Below, piece by piece: positions 25,103 to 38,835 of a stretch of 48,558 nucleotides of DNA (its first letter is position 1; every line of letters starts with the position of its first letter). The stretch comes from Bigelowiella natans CCMP2755 (Eukaryota > Protista > Cercozoa). Position numbers and translations under genes: made by a program. The notes beneath the pieces are model-generated. The model had not been told where the DNA came from. It made no database searches and saw only the letters and a program-made list of their open reading frames with translations. The stretch is taken from positions 1 to 48,558 of the forward strand of contig ADNK01001987.1 in the NCBI GenBank assembly GCA_000320545.1, given 5' to 3'.

Positions 25103-25973
25103 TGTTGACATGGTTCGAGCGGAAAACGGCTAGATGTAGCCCATATTTGAAACAGAAAATATTTCATAATTTTAGCACACTACTCACTTAAATAATAGAG
25201 TTATTCGTGGCATCCTTCATTATTTTCCCACAGACAAGAAATGTGTAACTATTTGCAACATAAGATTAGTTTTGCAGTTGGTACGTTCATGCACGCGCAG
25301 ATCTTAGTTAGCTGTGTCGTGCCGCTGCGGATCGCGCTACGGCCCATTGTGCTCGCGGCATGCAACTTGTTACAATGCATTTGTTGGTGGTCGTGCTATC
25401 TAGCTATGTGCAATTTTCCTGCTGGCCTGCCTAGTTGCGTAAATCGAACAGAACTAGAGAACAACATATAGATAATAACTTAGTAATGCTAGACAATGGC
25501 ATCTGCTAGCTAGCTAGCCTGTCATAAGCTTATAGCTTATCATTATGTCTACGTAATAAAGCAATAGATCAGAATAGCTGCTGCGCCTGTGCCGCCACAT
25601 GCAACTATATAGACGATAATGATGCTAGCTAGAGACAGATCGAGTACAAATCTTAGCTATGGAGCACATGTACACATTAGACGTTTAAATGCATGAAACA
25701 CATCATAGAAGAGACCAATAGGCACAACATAAGCGCTGCACCCGCTCTAGCGCTGCTTTGCATAGTTACATCAGCTAGATCAGGATTACCATTGAAAAGA
25801 TTTAATAATCACTTCATTACATCCATCTCACACATGTAGACGTATATATGAATTAAACGTGATTACAAATCAGATTCATTCCGCACAGATTCACCTCCCT
25901 GATTATACCAGGACCTTGAGATGGACAAGCACCAAGCTGTGCACACCATCCTAGCATATTATTATTGCTGTAT

Positions 25974-28255
25974 CTAACGCAGGAAACAGGGGTAGAGATT
26001 CATGGAACGCACAAATTCTTCCACATCGTCAATCGACACTTTCTTTGCGGGGTCCTCTGGAACGGGGGGGAGCTCTACTTCTTCTTCTTCTTTGTCTCCT
26101 TTCTGTTGGCCTTCTGCCTTTTCTTTCGCTTTCTCCTCATCCTCCTTCCCTCCACCGATGGGGCGGTCTTTTCCGAACACTTGAGTACTAAGCTTAGATC
26201 TCGTGCTCGAAATTGCGATATACCTGGGCCAGAATCACCAAGTTAATCAGCCACTCCTCAGCGATTGTTGCATGCTTGAGAGCGAGCGAGAAAGAGAGCA
26301 TGCGAATCGCATTTGGAACACATGTTCTTCTGCTTCTTTTCCCTCTCAGTGCTGCCAAAGCTAGTAGCAGCAGCATTCTTATGCGTGTTGTCTTTTCCAA
26401 GAATAAGCATCAGCATTATGATGATAAGAGTTGCTACTCCTACTCCTACTACTACTCCTACTCCTACAATTACCGGTCGAAGAAGTCGAGGATATCTTTC
26501 TTTTCCAGTTTCTTCAGTTCTGCCACCTCCTTCTCCCGTCTATCAAAATCGTAGTCTTTGAACAGTATCCGGCCCCTACAGTAGTATTTCGATAAATTGT
26601 CATGGCGGAGATAAGAAGACATAATACAAAAAAAGAGGAGGGGAAGGCAGGGGGGGAGCAAACACGAATTCGTATTCCACCAGAGAGAACAGGAAGGAGG
26701 CGATGATTGATAAATCAATTCCAAATAAACTGATTATTACTACCAGTGACGAGTTCCTTCTTGACCCATGCTCTTGTCCTTTTCGAGCTTCTTCTTGATG
26801 AGGGAGGCCAGGTTGCTTTGGAACGTCTTCTCCTCCATCGCTTCAAGGTCCTTCCTATACTTCGCGATGAAAGCTTCCACCCGATCGTCGAGGTATCTTT
26901 TTTTAAAAGAAGAAGGGGAGGGGATGGGAAGGGGGAAGAAGAAAAATTGATCATCTGCCAGACTAGCTGATGGAAGTCCAGACAACTTGGTAGCAGTGGT
27001 GGTAGTCTATAATACGTCGTTGCCTACGTTTCATCATCAGCAGAGCGGCCTTCTACAACTGCAATAACAACAACAACAACAACAATCGCTTACTTGGCGC
27101 CTTTGCTCGGGGACTGGACGATGACCAACACGTTCCAGCAGCCATTGATGGAAATGGGCAGTGAGAACACCGTGTAGCCAAGCTGCTCCTTGGTGCGGAG
27201 CTGATCGAACGCAGGCTCTCGAATCAGATGGCATATCATAGATAACCGCGCGAGCATCGGGTACGTCTCCCCCCCGATCTGTGCGATGTAACAGTAACAG
27301 TAAGCAGCAGCCTCATTACAACTGCAAAACGATGCGAACGCGAGAACGATATCACTCGGAGGGGAGAAGAGAAAACGAGAGGTGCTCTCCGAATGAAAAC
27401 GGGGGGGGGGGGGGGGGGGAGTAGGCAGACGATGTTTCCTCACAGTACTGGCAGCGCACTCTTTTAAACTAGAATATATGTTGCTAGCTGGGGAGGCACG
27501 TATGTAACTTTGTGCGTGTACCATTATTATTATTATTTTTTTTTTTTCTAAGCCCCCCACCCCCACCCCCCGACCGACCTGATAGAGGGCGCAAACGCAC
27601 GAGTTGACATCCGCTTCGTTCATCCCTTTTCGCTGGCACAAGTACGTCTCCCCAGCGGCCAGGTCTACGCATCGGAGTTGTGCCCTCAGGGAGGGCGGTA
27701 AGGGCTTATGCTTCAGGATCGACTTCATCTTCGCCACGATGTCCTTGGCCTGCGAACGACGAACGATGAGATAGATAGTGAGCTGCAGATGTCAACGCGT
27801 GTGGTGATAAAGATGATGATGATGATGATGATCATGATCATCAGGATGCTGCTGTTTTGCTAGTGGTGGTGGGCGGCGCTGCTTCTTCGTATATACTGAG
27901 CAGGAAACTCTCAAACGCAGACAAAACGCATGATGCAATATGAATACAATAGCTACTACCACAACTACCACCACCACCACTACTACCTGATCAACAGTGA
28001 AGTTTCCGAACACCATACACTCCACATCTGTGTTGATAGTGAGGGTGGAGGCGAATGCCTCTAAGTCGCCTAGTTCAATCTTCCTCGCCTTGTCGTATTT
28101 ATGTAAAGTAAGTAAGATGCCATGCTACATCATGGTGATAGGAGCAAGAATATAATTAGACATGAGAGCTGCTCTGCCTGCTTTTCCTATCTGCTAGCTA
28201 ATGTGTTCATCGATTTCCCCTCTCCTCCCCCCCCCCCCCTCTCTCTTGCACACAA

Positions 28256-28290
<35 letters not shown>

Positions 28291-31272
28291 CATTTATCCT
28301 CTTCCTCACCGCTTCAATCGTGCTATCTAGCGCAAATTTTTTGGCCCCCAGAGCTCGGCTTTGGAAGTAGATGGCGTGGCGGTAGGGCTGCTGCCTCTTG
28401 GTGTCGCAGTACTCCCGCACAATTCTCTCCTTCAGTCTCTCGAACACTGACTTCTCGATGCTGAGCTTCTTCACACGCTCCAGGACCTTATACAGCAACA
28501 CGTGCAGCTTGTGCGTGTAGCCTGCCACAGTGAGCTGCAGCCCCTTCTTGGTCAGAGTAAGAGCGTAAGACAGCCCGGAGATCTCGGCATCATATGAGAA
28601 CTCGGAGAGACTTTCTTCCGTCGCGCGTACGAACATCTGTCCTAGGACGACGGACTCCGGGGTGTTGTTGATCTGTGGGCACTCGATGCTAATGAAAACA
28701 TGGCCCTTCGGCTTGAAGAAGGTGTCGTCCGTCTTATGCCAGGCGGTGAGCCCCTCCTCGTCAACGATTTTGGTGGGAAATGTTGCAGTGGCAGACTCGC
28801 CGTTCTTGCCCTCCTTCTTCTTATCTTTCTTCTCCATCACCAGGTTGAAGTTGGTGGCGATGAACTCATTTGGCTTTGGTAGGTGGAGCTCCTTCGAGTC
28901 ATCCTCACCGGGGTTCTTCCATTCCTTCACCATGTCAGCTTCGAATTTCCTTCGGTTGTAGTCGGTCTTGTACCACTTTTCCTGGAGCTCTGTGCTGCCC
29001 TTAAACGTGGGGGACACGATTTGAACCCTCATGTTTTCCGGCACCATCTTGTCGACGAAGCTCCTCACCAGCTTGACATCCTTCTCGCGGTAGATCCAGG
29101 GCCCCTGAAGAATGTCTGTTGCCGCGTACTTGTGCATCTTGCTGGCCGTCCTGGAGCAGTAGTTGAAAGGGCTTTCCTTCGCCTTAAACCTGAAGTTCAT
29201 GGCGGATACGTCCCGACACTCCTGGAATGTTCGCTCCCACTGCTCATCCGAAGCGTTGGCGATAAGCTTGATGTACTGGTAGATTAGCGTGGTGATCTTC
29301 TGCCAGTTTTCGAGCCCCTGGGGCGTGAGGTCCATCGTCACACCGAATGTGGAGAAGGACTCGTCATCTGCTTGCGTACCGGCCGACAGCTCATTTGCCC
29401 AGCCTTTTTTCTTCAGCACGGCAAGGATGGAGCCCTCTCCTTCGTGTCCGAGGAGGTGGGATAGCAAGCTGCTTGGCTTTGATTTGTAGTGAGCTCTCAC
29501 CGAGGGCATTGGCCAGAGCAATGAAAGCGTGCGAAGTTCCTGAGAGAAAGAAGAAAAACGCGTATGCATCACAGCAAAGAACAGCTTCATCAGAAAACGC
29601 TGTCACCCACGCCGTAAATAAAAATTCAGGAGAAGGGCTGTGCAAATTGCGATCCAGGGGAATCTGCCCCCTCCCCCCCTATCTCTGGCCAGTGTTAATC
29701 TTCGTCATCTCCCCCGTATTCTCTCTCTTCTTCTTCTTCTTCTTCTTCTTCCTCCTCATCCTCCTCCCCCTCATGTATCCGTGCCTGTTTGCTATTCTTT
29801 GTTTGGTTGCTGTTGACCTTGACGGGCACGACTTCGTAGATGTGGCCCAGAGCGCCCTCCGAAGCGAACGGCTCTGCAGTCCAAGTAGGGACCTGCAGCT
29901 TCTTGTTCACAATCTTGCTGAAATACTTCTTAGCAAGAGCCTCGAGATCATCCAACGAGTTCTTTCCGAGGATGCACAACTTCATGATGTTGGCGGAGTA
30001 GAGCTTATCGTGAAACTTGAGCAGTTCCTGCCTCGTCTCCACCCCCCTTTCCTTCGGTTTGTCGCGAAGTGTTTCCAAGTTTCCGGTGCCGAACTTGCTG
30101 AATGGGTGCGCGGGATTGGACGTCGATTTGAGAAGCTGGTACTGGCGCCAGGCGTCGTTCAAGAGGTTTTGTGCGTTTTCGGAATGAACGGCCTGTAAAA
30201 AGAAGTAAAAAACACGAGCACACAGGACGAGGAAAAGAATATGTATCACTAAATATTGTTATGAGACGTAGAATTATCTACCAGCAGCATGTTAAACCTA
30301 CAATCTTTAACGATGGTGATTGGTTGGAAGTATATAGGGGAAAATCTTGGCCAAAAACACAGCATACCTTCATCTCTCGCTCAGTAGAGCTGGGAGCAAA
30401 GAGCGGTTCCGTGAAGAACCCTGCAAATAACTCGAGGATTTTCTCAAGCTTTTCCGGCAAGACGTCGAAGTAGTAGTTTGTATTTTCTGTCGAGGTATAC
30501 GCATTTGACCGTCCTCCATGCTGAAACATCCGAGGATGATCGGGACAAATGAACGGCCAACAACCACCACGTTAGTTGAGAGAGAAAGAAGATGCATATT
30601 TCAGAATCACCCAGGACATCTTCCATCATTTTCATCATTTCCATCACGGATTTGGATTTCGGCTGACCTCGCTAATCATCTTAGAGTATAAATTTTCGTC
30701 GGGGAAGGTCTTCGTCCCCATGAAAAGCATATGCTCCAGGAAATGCGCCAATCCCGGGACCTCCGCAGGGTCACTGAAGTGCCCAACATGTACGTCCAGC
30801 GCTGCACCAGCCTTTCGATTAGTTGCAAGAAGTATGAGGTAAGAAAAGAACCATTGGAGTAGCTGTCGTCTTCGAGATGTACTTCGTATCATTCGTCCTG
30901 CTACTTGGTACCTTATCAGCATCCGGGTCGGAGATGAGGATAGCTTCGATATCGTTCTCCAGTTTTATCACCCTATACGAGCGCTCATCGCTATCGCTCT
31001 TGACAGGACTACAAGAAACACGATAAGACAGTCGCCGCAGTCATTAGGAAGCAATTAGCGATTCGGATGTGTTGGATATTCCAAAGGAAGTAGTAGGGTA
31101 GCGCGGATAAAGAGAGAAAAGAATGAGAACACGGTAAGAGAACTGTAAACTGGGCAATAGAAAAGAGTGATTTCGTGGTTCGGGGGTGGTGGAGGATTTG
31201 CAAATGAACTCAACCCATCAACAAGGAGCATGCATGCGCACGCACGTACGTGATGGGGTAGGTCTGCGCCAT
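25974..31272 (-). CDS. IDE: Insulysin / insulin-degrading enzyme (peptidase M16A)
   Basis: MAQTYPIT|PVKSDSDERSYRVIKLEN..ISDPDADK|AGAALDVHVGHFSDP..PGLAHFLEHMLFMGT (HxxEH); HGGRSNAYTS; HPFSKFGTGNLETL; HLLGHEGEGS; FDQLRTKEQLGYTV; ends RSMNLYPCFLR*. Confidence 0.95.
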
Positions 31273-31531
31273 GTTTTTTGGGAAAAATCTGAGAATACAA
31301 GGCTCGGGATGGAGGCGTATTACCATTGAAGGGCATTTATTTCATACGACATGTAACCACGATCATTTCACTCACAAATGCAAGGTGTTTTGCACAAATC
31401 GCTTCCCGTGCTGGAACTTTCGTCGCTCGAAAGCGTTCGTAGGAATGAGGTCGTTCTCCGTCCCCCTTGTGACGTTGCATGTCTGAGCGTCAAAATAGAA
31501 GACCAGGAACTACAAAAGCTGATTGAAATTG

Positions 31532-32157
31532 ATGGGCGACTTCGGGGCGGGGGATGGGAGCGAAAGAAACAACAGGGCGCGCCAAAAGCATTGGGATGAT
31601 AAGGAAGAGTCCTCTGCCTGTCCTTCCCTTCAAGGTGAGAGCGTCCCTTTTGAATGGTGAAGAAGGTTAACGATGTTTTTATAAATCTGTTACGCAGATT
31701 TACTACTGAGCCTACTTTCGGAGCAATTGGAGGATTTGCGGCCCATCCTCCGCGCAACAATACACTTCCTTCCGGAGGAAGTAGTGCTGAAGTTGCTATC
31801 CTTCACCCTGGCGAAGGGAAAATTAGACTATGAGACGGCACAAATATTTCTGCTCTGTAAGCATGAAAGTGTCGTCACATGGATAAAGCAGGTGGACTCT
31901 CCATACCATAACTAGTTTGTGATCACCTTAATTATTCTTTTCTTTTCCTCTCCCCTCCTCCTCTCCTACTCCGCCTGTTCAGAAAGTAGATCTGTTTGCA
32001 TTCTGTGGTATGAAAGACCGAAGTGCCAAGAAAAATCCCTCGAAGAAACGTGCAGTGAATAAAAAGAGTCAAATCGTTCCAATGATGGTTCCGAAGAAAG
32101 TGGGCAGTGGTAGGCGCATCATTGACCTTAAAGGTGAAGGATTAACGAGCAAGCGAC

Positions 32158-32196
<39 letters not shown>

Positions 32197-32800
32197 TCTC
32201 AATGCGAGATCAAATTGAAATTAAAGAGGCATGTCTCACTTCATTTTCAACTTATATTGCTGTGTTTGCTCGTCAGAGTACATAAATCTCAAGAACATAT
32301 CCATCTTGAACTGCATGCCGAACGTGAAGACCGCACACATCTTCAACCACGACGGAGATGGGAAAATCCGTTCGGATGTCGACATGCAGATGCTCTTAAC
32401 GATTCCATTCTTGACACCAGTGAACCTAAAGGCGATTTCAATGGATGCCTCCTTGTCTTCATCCTCCGACAAAAAGAGGCAACTCGATGAAGACAGTGAG
32501 GAAGAAGAAGAAGAAGAAAAAGAAGAAAAAGATAGTATGCCGAAGCTGATTCATTTGTTCAAAGATCGGTTTCACATGGATTTCGATGAGGCTCAGGACG
32601 TGCGCCCTGAGATGTCGATCGAAATGAATAAAGATGATACTAGTAGTGGGAGAAAATTCAAGCTGAAGTCGTCGCGCTTTTCCAGTGTGAGCTGTCTCAC
32701 AATTTTCATTGAATCCAACCAGAGCGATGTCGATACTACCTTCTTCCGTCGTATTGGCATTTATGGAACGCCTGTGCTGGGATACTCCTCTAGCCCTTAA
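31532..32800 (+). CDS. PITH-domain protein with N-terminal BC-box/Elongin-A-like helical region (4 exons)
   Basis: Exons 31532-31634 and 31698-31891, then about 31983-32132 and 32277-32800. N-terminus ..CPSLQDLLLSLL..FLPEEVVLKLL..; PITH motifs IDLKEYINLKNISILNC, RSDVDMQMLLTIPF, PKLIHLF, MDFDEAQ, RFSSVSCLTIFIESNQ, TT..IGIYGTP. Confidence 0.8.
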
Positions 32801-33339
32801 AATGTAGTAGTCGTGTCGCAGTGAGCACGTACATTCGTCTCTGTTAGATCAAGACATACGCTGCACACTGTCTGTCGATCAAGAGGTGCGCTAGTTTCGT
32901 GTCTTAATATGAATGAATGAATGACATGTCTTGGTGTATATATGTTGTTAGAATTAGTAGTCGACTAGAGTTGTAACACTGGCTGATCGTCATGGATTAA
33001 GCAGCAGCTGCATGTGAAAACTGGATGCATAGAGTCATTGCGGAAGGCACTATAACATATTAAGCACACTGTAAGAGACCATTAGCAAGCTAGAGGCCGC
33101 TGTGATACATATAATCTTCAACTTTAACTGAAGGAAAGGCTATCTATCGAAACACTAGCATTGCCATCGTTTGGAGCATGCGCTTAGATACCTCTAGACC
33201 TGTATGTTGTTTGATTATTGATGATCTACAAGGAAGTCATACGTACGTACAATGCCGTAGCTCTGCCGAACTCATGCTAGGAAAAAATATGCAGATTACT
33301 TGGGCTCTATCGGTGTACGTGTGCGCATGGCCGCTATGT

Positions 33340-34609
33340 TTATCGAACAAAGTGCTTTGCATCATGCTGCTGTGCCTTGGCAATTTTTCTACATTTCGTC
33401 AAAATCGGCTCCGTATACCTGATGAAGGGACCGCAAAAAAATAATTACGCGACATTTTCATGGCACACCCCGATTAACGCAAAAAATAGCAATGGCACAT
33501 TCATGAGTACGCGATGTATCTATCTAGCATAATAAATCTTAATGACATCATCGTTTGCCTTTCTGTTGATGTGATCCTCATGTACCCGTTGGGAGAGCTA
33601 GTTCCTTCAAACACCAGGTCTAGAGACGCCCTCACCGCTGCATCGCTTTCGAAGTTAGTAGCTATCGCTGGAGGTCGATTCCCCACCGTCGGACTGCTAC
33701 CTGAGTGGCGTCTCTCCGCATTCTGCGAGTCTATCAATCCCGCCATCTTTCGAAACGCTTGGAGGACATCGTCTCGGCGTACGATATTATATTTTAGCCT
33801 GCATGTGAGTTGCAACTTTATGTTAGAAGAAGAGGGATGGAGAAGGGTTATAGGAGGAAGGAGAATTGCAAGGCAATATGTGAATAAACCGACCAATTGG
33901 CGATATGCTGAGAGGATATTCGCAACGTCGCGCGGTCCTCCATAAGGCCCACATTGTTGATATCAGGTATCTTGGAGCATCCCACCCCCTCATGAACCCA
34001 ACGTGCTACGTAGCCAAGAATTCCCTGTGCGTTGTTCTCAAGCTCACGAAGCACCGTGTTTCGTGGAGGAGGGGAGGCCAGTAGCAGCGGTAGCGTCAGG
34101 ATGTCCCGAAGATTTCTCGAAAACGATGGCGCCGTTGATGATGATAACGATTGGCCTGACCGCGATTCGAGTGCCGCTTGGACTTTGGAAACATCGACTT
34201 GATGATAGTGAATCGCGTGCAGCGTCGCAGCTGTGGGAGAGGGTACCTAGAAAAGAACTGAGGGTGTTATTATAAGTGCTGTTATCGATGATTATGAAGA
34301 CTACGATATTGATCGAAGCTGCTGTGTTTATCATCATCGTCATCACCATCATCATCATCATCATTCCATCATCTGTGATTATCGCAACCACCACAACTAG
34401 TGTTCGTGTAGGACCCATGCGCAGGATGCTCCCTGCTCTAGCTCGACCGCTTTGCTCTTTAGCATCTTGTGCATCTCATCTGGAGCTGCCCACATGCCCT
34501 TCCCAATCTGCCCGCACCCCCTCAGTCCTACCAATGGCATATTCTTTAGGTGATAGATATGCCATATTGATGATGATTCACGTCTAAGGAAGCATGGCAG
34601 AGGGATAGA

Positions 34610-34658
<49 letters not shown>

Positions 34659-36181
34659 CTATTTTCATATGCAACCGGCAGGAAACGATGATCCTGCCTC
34701 TCCTCCCCCCGCCTCCCCCCCACCCCCCCCTCCTCCTCCTCCTCCTCCTCCTGCTGCTGCTGCTGCTGTCATTCCCCTACCTGAAGCAAGACCAACCTCC
34801 ACGTTCCATGCCTCATATGCGCTCTTCCAAACGGCCTCTTTCAGTTGCGACTTTGGAAGAACTGCGCCAGCACACATTGCAGTGTGAATTTCGTCCCCAG
34901 TGCGGTCAAGAAATCTGTACCAATGGATGATAGCAGATTTATGCATGTTGGAACCTTTCATAACCAGCTAACAAGGGAGCGCACGCACCGCCGCATAGTT
35001 CATCGCAATAACTGCAGAAACAATAACAACTTGTGCTCCAACTACTACTCATCGACTCACCCTGTATTGATGAAGAAGACACGATCTTTCGCTACCTCGA
35101 GGCACTCCCTGAGGTTGATAGTGGTGCGGCGCTCTTCATCCATTATGCCTATCTTGACGGTATTTTTGGCAAGGCCCAAGATCTTCTCAACTCGCGCGAA
35201 AGTGTGTTGTACGAATTCCACTTCTTCCGGGCCATGCATCTTCGGTTTCACGACGTATACCGAGCCTGCTCTTGAGTTGTAGAATGACGATGGCGACGAT
35301 GAAGCGGAAGAGGCAGAAGAAGGAGGGGAAATACTCGGGATGTTCCTGTCTCCTGTCTTTTTGAGATCATGAATAGCGGCGAGGCATGTCACTGCGAGAT
35401 CAAGGAGCCCCTCGGGTATCATCTCTTCCCCTCCTCCTCCTCTCCCACTCGTTACCACCGCGTCCGTGTACATATGCAACCCAACATTACGCACGAGTAG
35501 GAGTGATCTTCCAGGCAGTGTTATCATATCGCCGCCTAGCGGACATGCGTACCTAGAAGGTTTGGTTTTTGTGTAGAATTAGAGAGAGATTTGGTTGTGA
35601 ATCTGTGCGTCCGACTTTCCCCTACATTCCTCCCCCCCCTTCTATCGGGCATATCAATGTAAAGAGTGAGTGAGTGGTAGCACTTTCGATCATTGCTCAG
35701 CCTTCGTTTCACGGTTTTGCCGTATTTGTTCTTGAAGACGGAGGAGAGTGTGCCGCGCATCAGCCCAGCCCAGTTTCGGTATACGCGCTGCTTGTCCTCT
35801 GCATCGACGGCGGCCACGCTGTCTTCCATGTCACAAATCGTCGTCACCGCGCTTTCTAGCAATATATCTGATCCAATCCCGCAGGGGAGGAGCAAAGAGC
35901 AATAGACCGGAGATTTCCGAATATTTGAGAGCGGCTAGAGACGAGTATCAGTTCCATATTGAGTTTGGGAAGGGTATTAATTACCTTTGAGGCCTGCCCT
36001 ATGCGTCTTGCCTATTCGCGAATGTCGATCGATTTGGAGCTCGACGTGCAGCCTGTTGTTGCGGAGGAGCACGCACATGCTGCCACCATTGCTCTGAGAC
36101 TCCACGTAGCTATTGGGGACGAGGAGAGGCAAATCACGGTAGGAAATCATATACTTGAACACAAGCACAGAGAGTGATAGC

Positions 36182-36224
<43 letters not shown>

Positions 36225-37688
36225 ATTGAAACAGTTAAACAATCCCGCACATTGCATACCCGACAAACTTTCCAGGTTGGTGCAGAGATACAAAGAAGCC
36301 ATTTGCAGTCTTGAAAAGTAGCTCCTTTCGCCCATTGAAGCCACCATCGACCACAGAAATTTCAATAACATCAGAATAACTGCGTGGTAAGGGACGGTAG
36401 AGGACATTGAGTCTCAGTAAACGACTGTTGAATAATCGAATTTCTTTCGACGCCTAGATGGGCGGAGTACTACCGTGCTGCTTTTGTGAGTGGGAAATTG
36501 TCATCCAAGAACCCCTCCGCATGACGGAACACCTATGGGAATAGAACGGGGGACTTTTGCTCAGCTTTTAATGAGGAGGGAGAGCTCGGTGTTCTTCAGC
36601 AGAGACTTTTTGCTCATATAGAGTTATGTCGAAAACCTCCTTTCCGCGCTTGGGATCATACCCAGACTCCTTTCCTCTGCTGAGCTTTTTTGAATCGCCG
36701 CCATCTATCGCGTCTGTGCCGTAAATGGCGTCAAGGAGACTTCCCCATCGAGCATTTGCGGCATTTAATGCGTACCTTATGCAGTCACACACACACACAC
36801 ACACACACACACAACACATTATACATTCTCTATTGCTTATGATGTATTGTTCAAAAATATATCAGGATGGTAAGAATACAAAATGAGATGAATGAATTGT
36901 CACCTTGCATTATCCACAGGAACTACAAGCTGCGGTCCTGGAATAGATGTGATCTCGGGATCTAAGTTTTGCGTATTGACTATATTTACTGAATGCGGTG
37001 TTTCTGTAGCAGAGGAGATGGTCCTGCTGTTTCCGACAATATATCCTATATTCCGCAAAAAGCGATCATCCTGCTCAGGGCTGATTTCGCTCTTGTTTCT
37101 CCTTGTCTGATTGTAGTACGCGTCGATCTTTGCCTGGAGCTTGTCGCGTTTCTCCAGTAGCCTCGCATTTTCTGGAGCGAAATCCCTGCGTGTGTACGTA
37201 GTGTGCGGAAGAAAGGCAATAAGAAAGAACTTCTTCGTATCAAAATACTACCTAGTAGTGATAGGCTACCTGATCATCGATGCAAATCCCTTCCAAAACT
37301 GCTCTGGCTTGATGCCTGTCCCCTCGGCGATCTATCAATATGAACGGCACCACTGATAAGGAAAGCAAGACTACGGATGGTTGACAGCAGAGGGGAGAGA
37401 AATTATGGCTGCGGCATTTGTATTGTCCTAAATAGTGATCTAGATGTAGTTCTAGGACCGTGATGCTTTAGTTTCACCCACCGATTGTACACATTGGAAG
37501 ATGGGCTGTGCAATCTTGAGCCCTGCCATAGAGACTCTTTTCTCTTCTGCCTTGCTGCTCGCAGCAGCGATATTGCCAAAATTACTGCCGAATTTTGCTT
37601 GTCCGCCATTGAACAGATGGAGCTGGTTCATCAGGTTTCGCATGCGAATCTCATGTCGAGTCTGCGTAGTCGAGTTTCTCGTCGCCAT
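33340..37688 (-). CDS. glcB: Malate synthase G (GlcB type) with N-terminal PTS2
   Basis: [22 protein letters not shown]; [17 protein letters not shown]; [16 protein letters not shown]; [13 protein letters not shown]; [14 protein letters not shown]; FINTG|[11 protein letters not shown]; [11 protein letters not shown]; [32 protein letters not shown]; last exon GYTEPIL..HFVR*. Confidence 0.95.
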
Positions 37689-38189
37689 TCTAAGCTGGAT
37701 GTCAAGTCGTCGAATGTAATGCGGAAGGGATCGATGGAATTTGAAGGATTGGGTTGTTTACAAGTGAGATAGTTCATCACAGGGACAAAGAATCCAGCGA
37801 GCTACCTTCCAACTCTTCGCAATCCACGCTGCTTTCACTACCCAACTGATCCCGTGTCCCGTATGCTCGCCATCTACAATGTAAATCTTAGGAAGTTTCC
37901 CGCTGAAACACTCGCTACGACAATCACTTCTTCCAACTCTTCCTGTGTGAAAACGCGATTACTCCGAGGAAAGCAGGGTACTCCATGCGCATGCCGGACG
38001 ACGCCTCGGCAGGCCCTGTGTACTCGTATCTGCGTGGGTACCCCCCCTTGAATACGATATACCCCGCTTATATTTCTGCCCAGGAAAAATTAATTTTCCG
38101 CTATGCGTTTCTTGCCTGCGGGTACAGAACTACGGGTAAAACGTAAGTGATCCGGCTTTTAGAAAATTTGTGTGTTTTTTATCTAGATA

Positions 38190-38283
38190 ATTTCCTAGGA
38201 TTTCCTAGGAATTCCTAGGATTTCCTAGGATTTCAGGATTTCAGGATTTCAGGATTTCCAGGATTTCCTGAGGATTTCCCTAA
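38190..38283. repeat. Short decaying tandem array of TTTCCTAGGA / TTTCAGGA units
   Basis: Four 10-bp units (one is ATTCCTAGGA), three TTTCAGGA units, then TTTCCAGGA, TTTCCTGAGGA and TTTCCCTA. No spacers. Confidence 0.9.
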
Positions 38284-38580
38284 ATTGTAGCGTTAAACTT
38301 CCTCTTTGTCGACGTTCGAATAGAAAAAAGGAAGCGACTAGGGAGGAACGAGGTGTTTAAATTTTGAGGAAGTTTTTAGGTAGTGAAACCCAACCTTTTA
38401 TTAGGAATGCAATGGATCGTATTTTACAATAGCGACAACCATAGCTCATGACAGCAAGCAAGATTTGCCTCACTGTGTCACAAAATTTTTGAATGAAATT
38501 TTGAAATCCTTGATCAGAGCAATGAGTGCCAACTTGGGCTTTGACTCATAGGAACGGTTAAAGAGTAAGGCGTATCAAGG

Positions 38581-38793
38581 ATGGCGAGGAGGTGTCCTAT
38601 AATAGCTGCTGTACTTTACCTTTTCATAGCTGTTGGTGAGGCAGGAGTTTCAAATGTTTCCAAGCATCTCATTGGCAACTCAAAAGAGAAGAACCCAATA
38701 GTACAAGAGGGGGAGATGCGCTCGATCTTGCGGGACACGTACTTCGATTCCATCATGAAGTCGAAGGTAGAATGGTGATGACGGTGATGTATT

Positions 38794-38835
<42 letters not shown>

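Noticed and set aside
31378-31599. Second RLRGG motif in a 73-aa plus-strand ORF
   Set aside because: No signal peptide or ubiquitin fold. It overlaps exon 1 of the PITH gene in another frame and is probably chance in a G-rich stretch.
7332-37688. Treating the neighbouring genes as one operon-like pathway
   Set aside because: The functions are unrelated and orientations alternate, which is ordinary for a compact eukaryotic genome. No shared regulatory motif was seen.
38190-38283. Tandem array as a CRISPR or telomeric repeat
   Set aside because: No spacers and no cas genes; the unit does not match TTAGGG or TCTAGGG.
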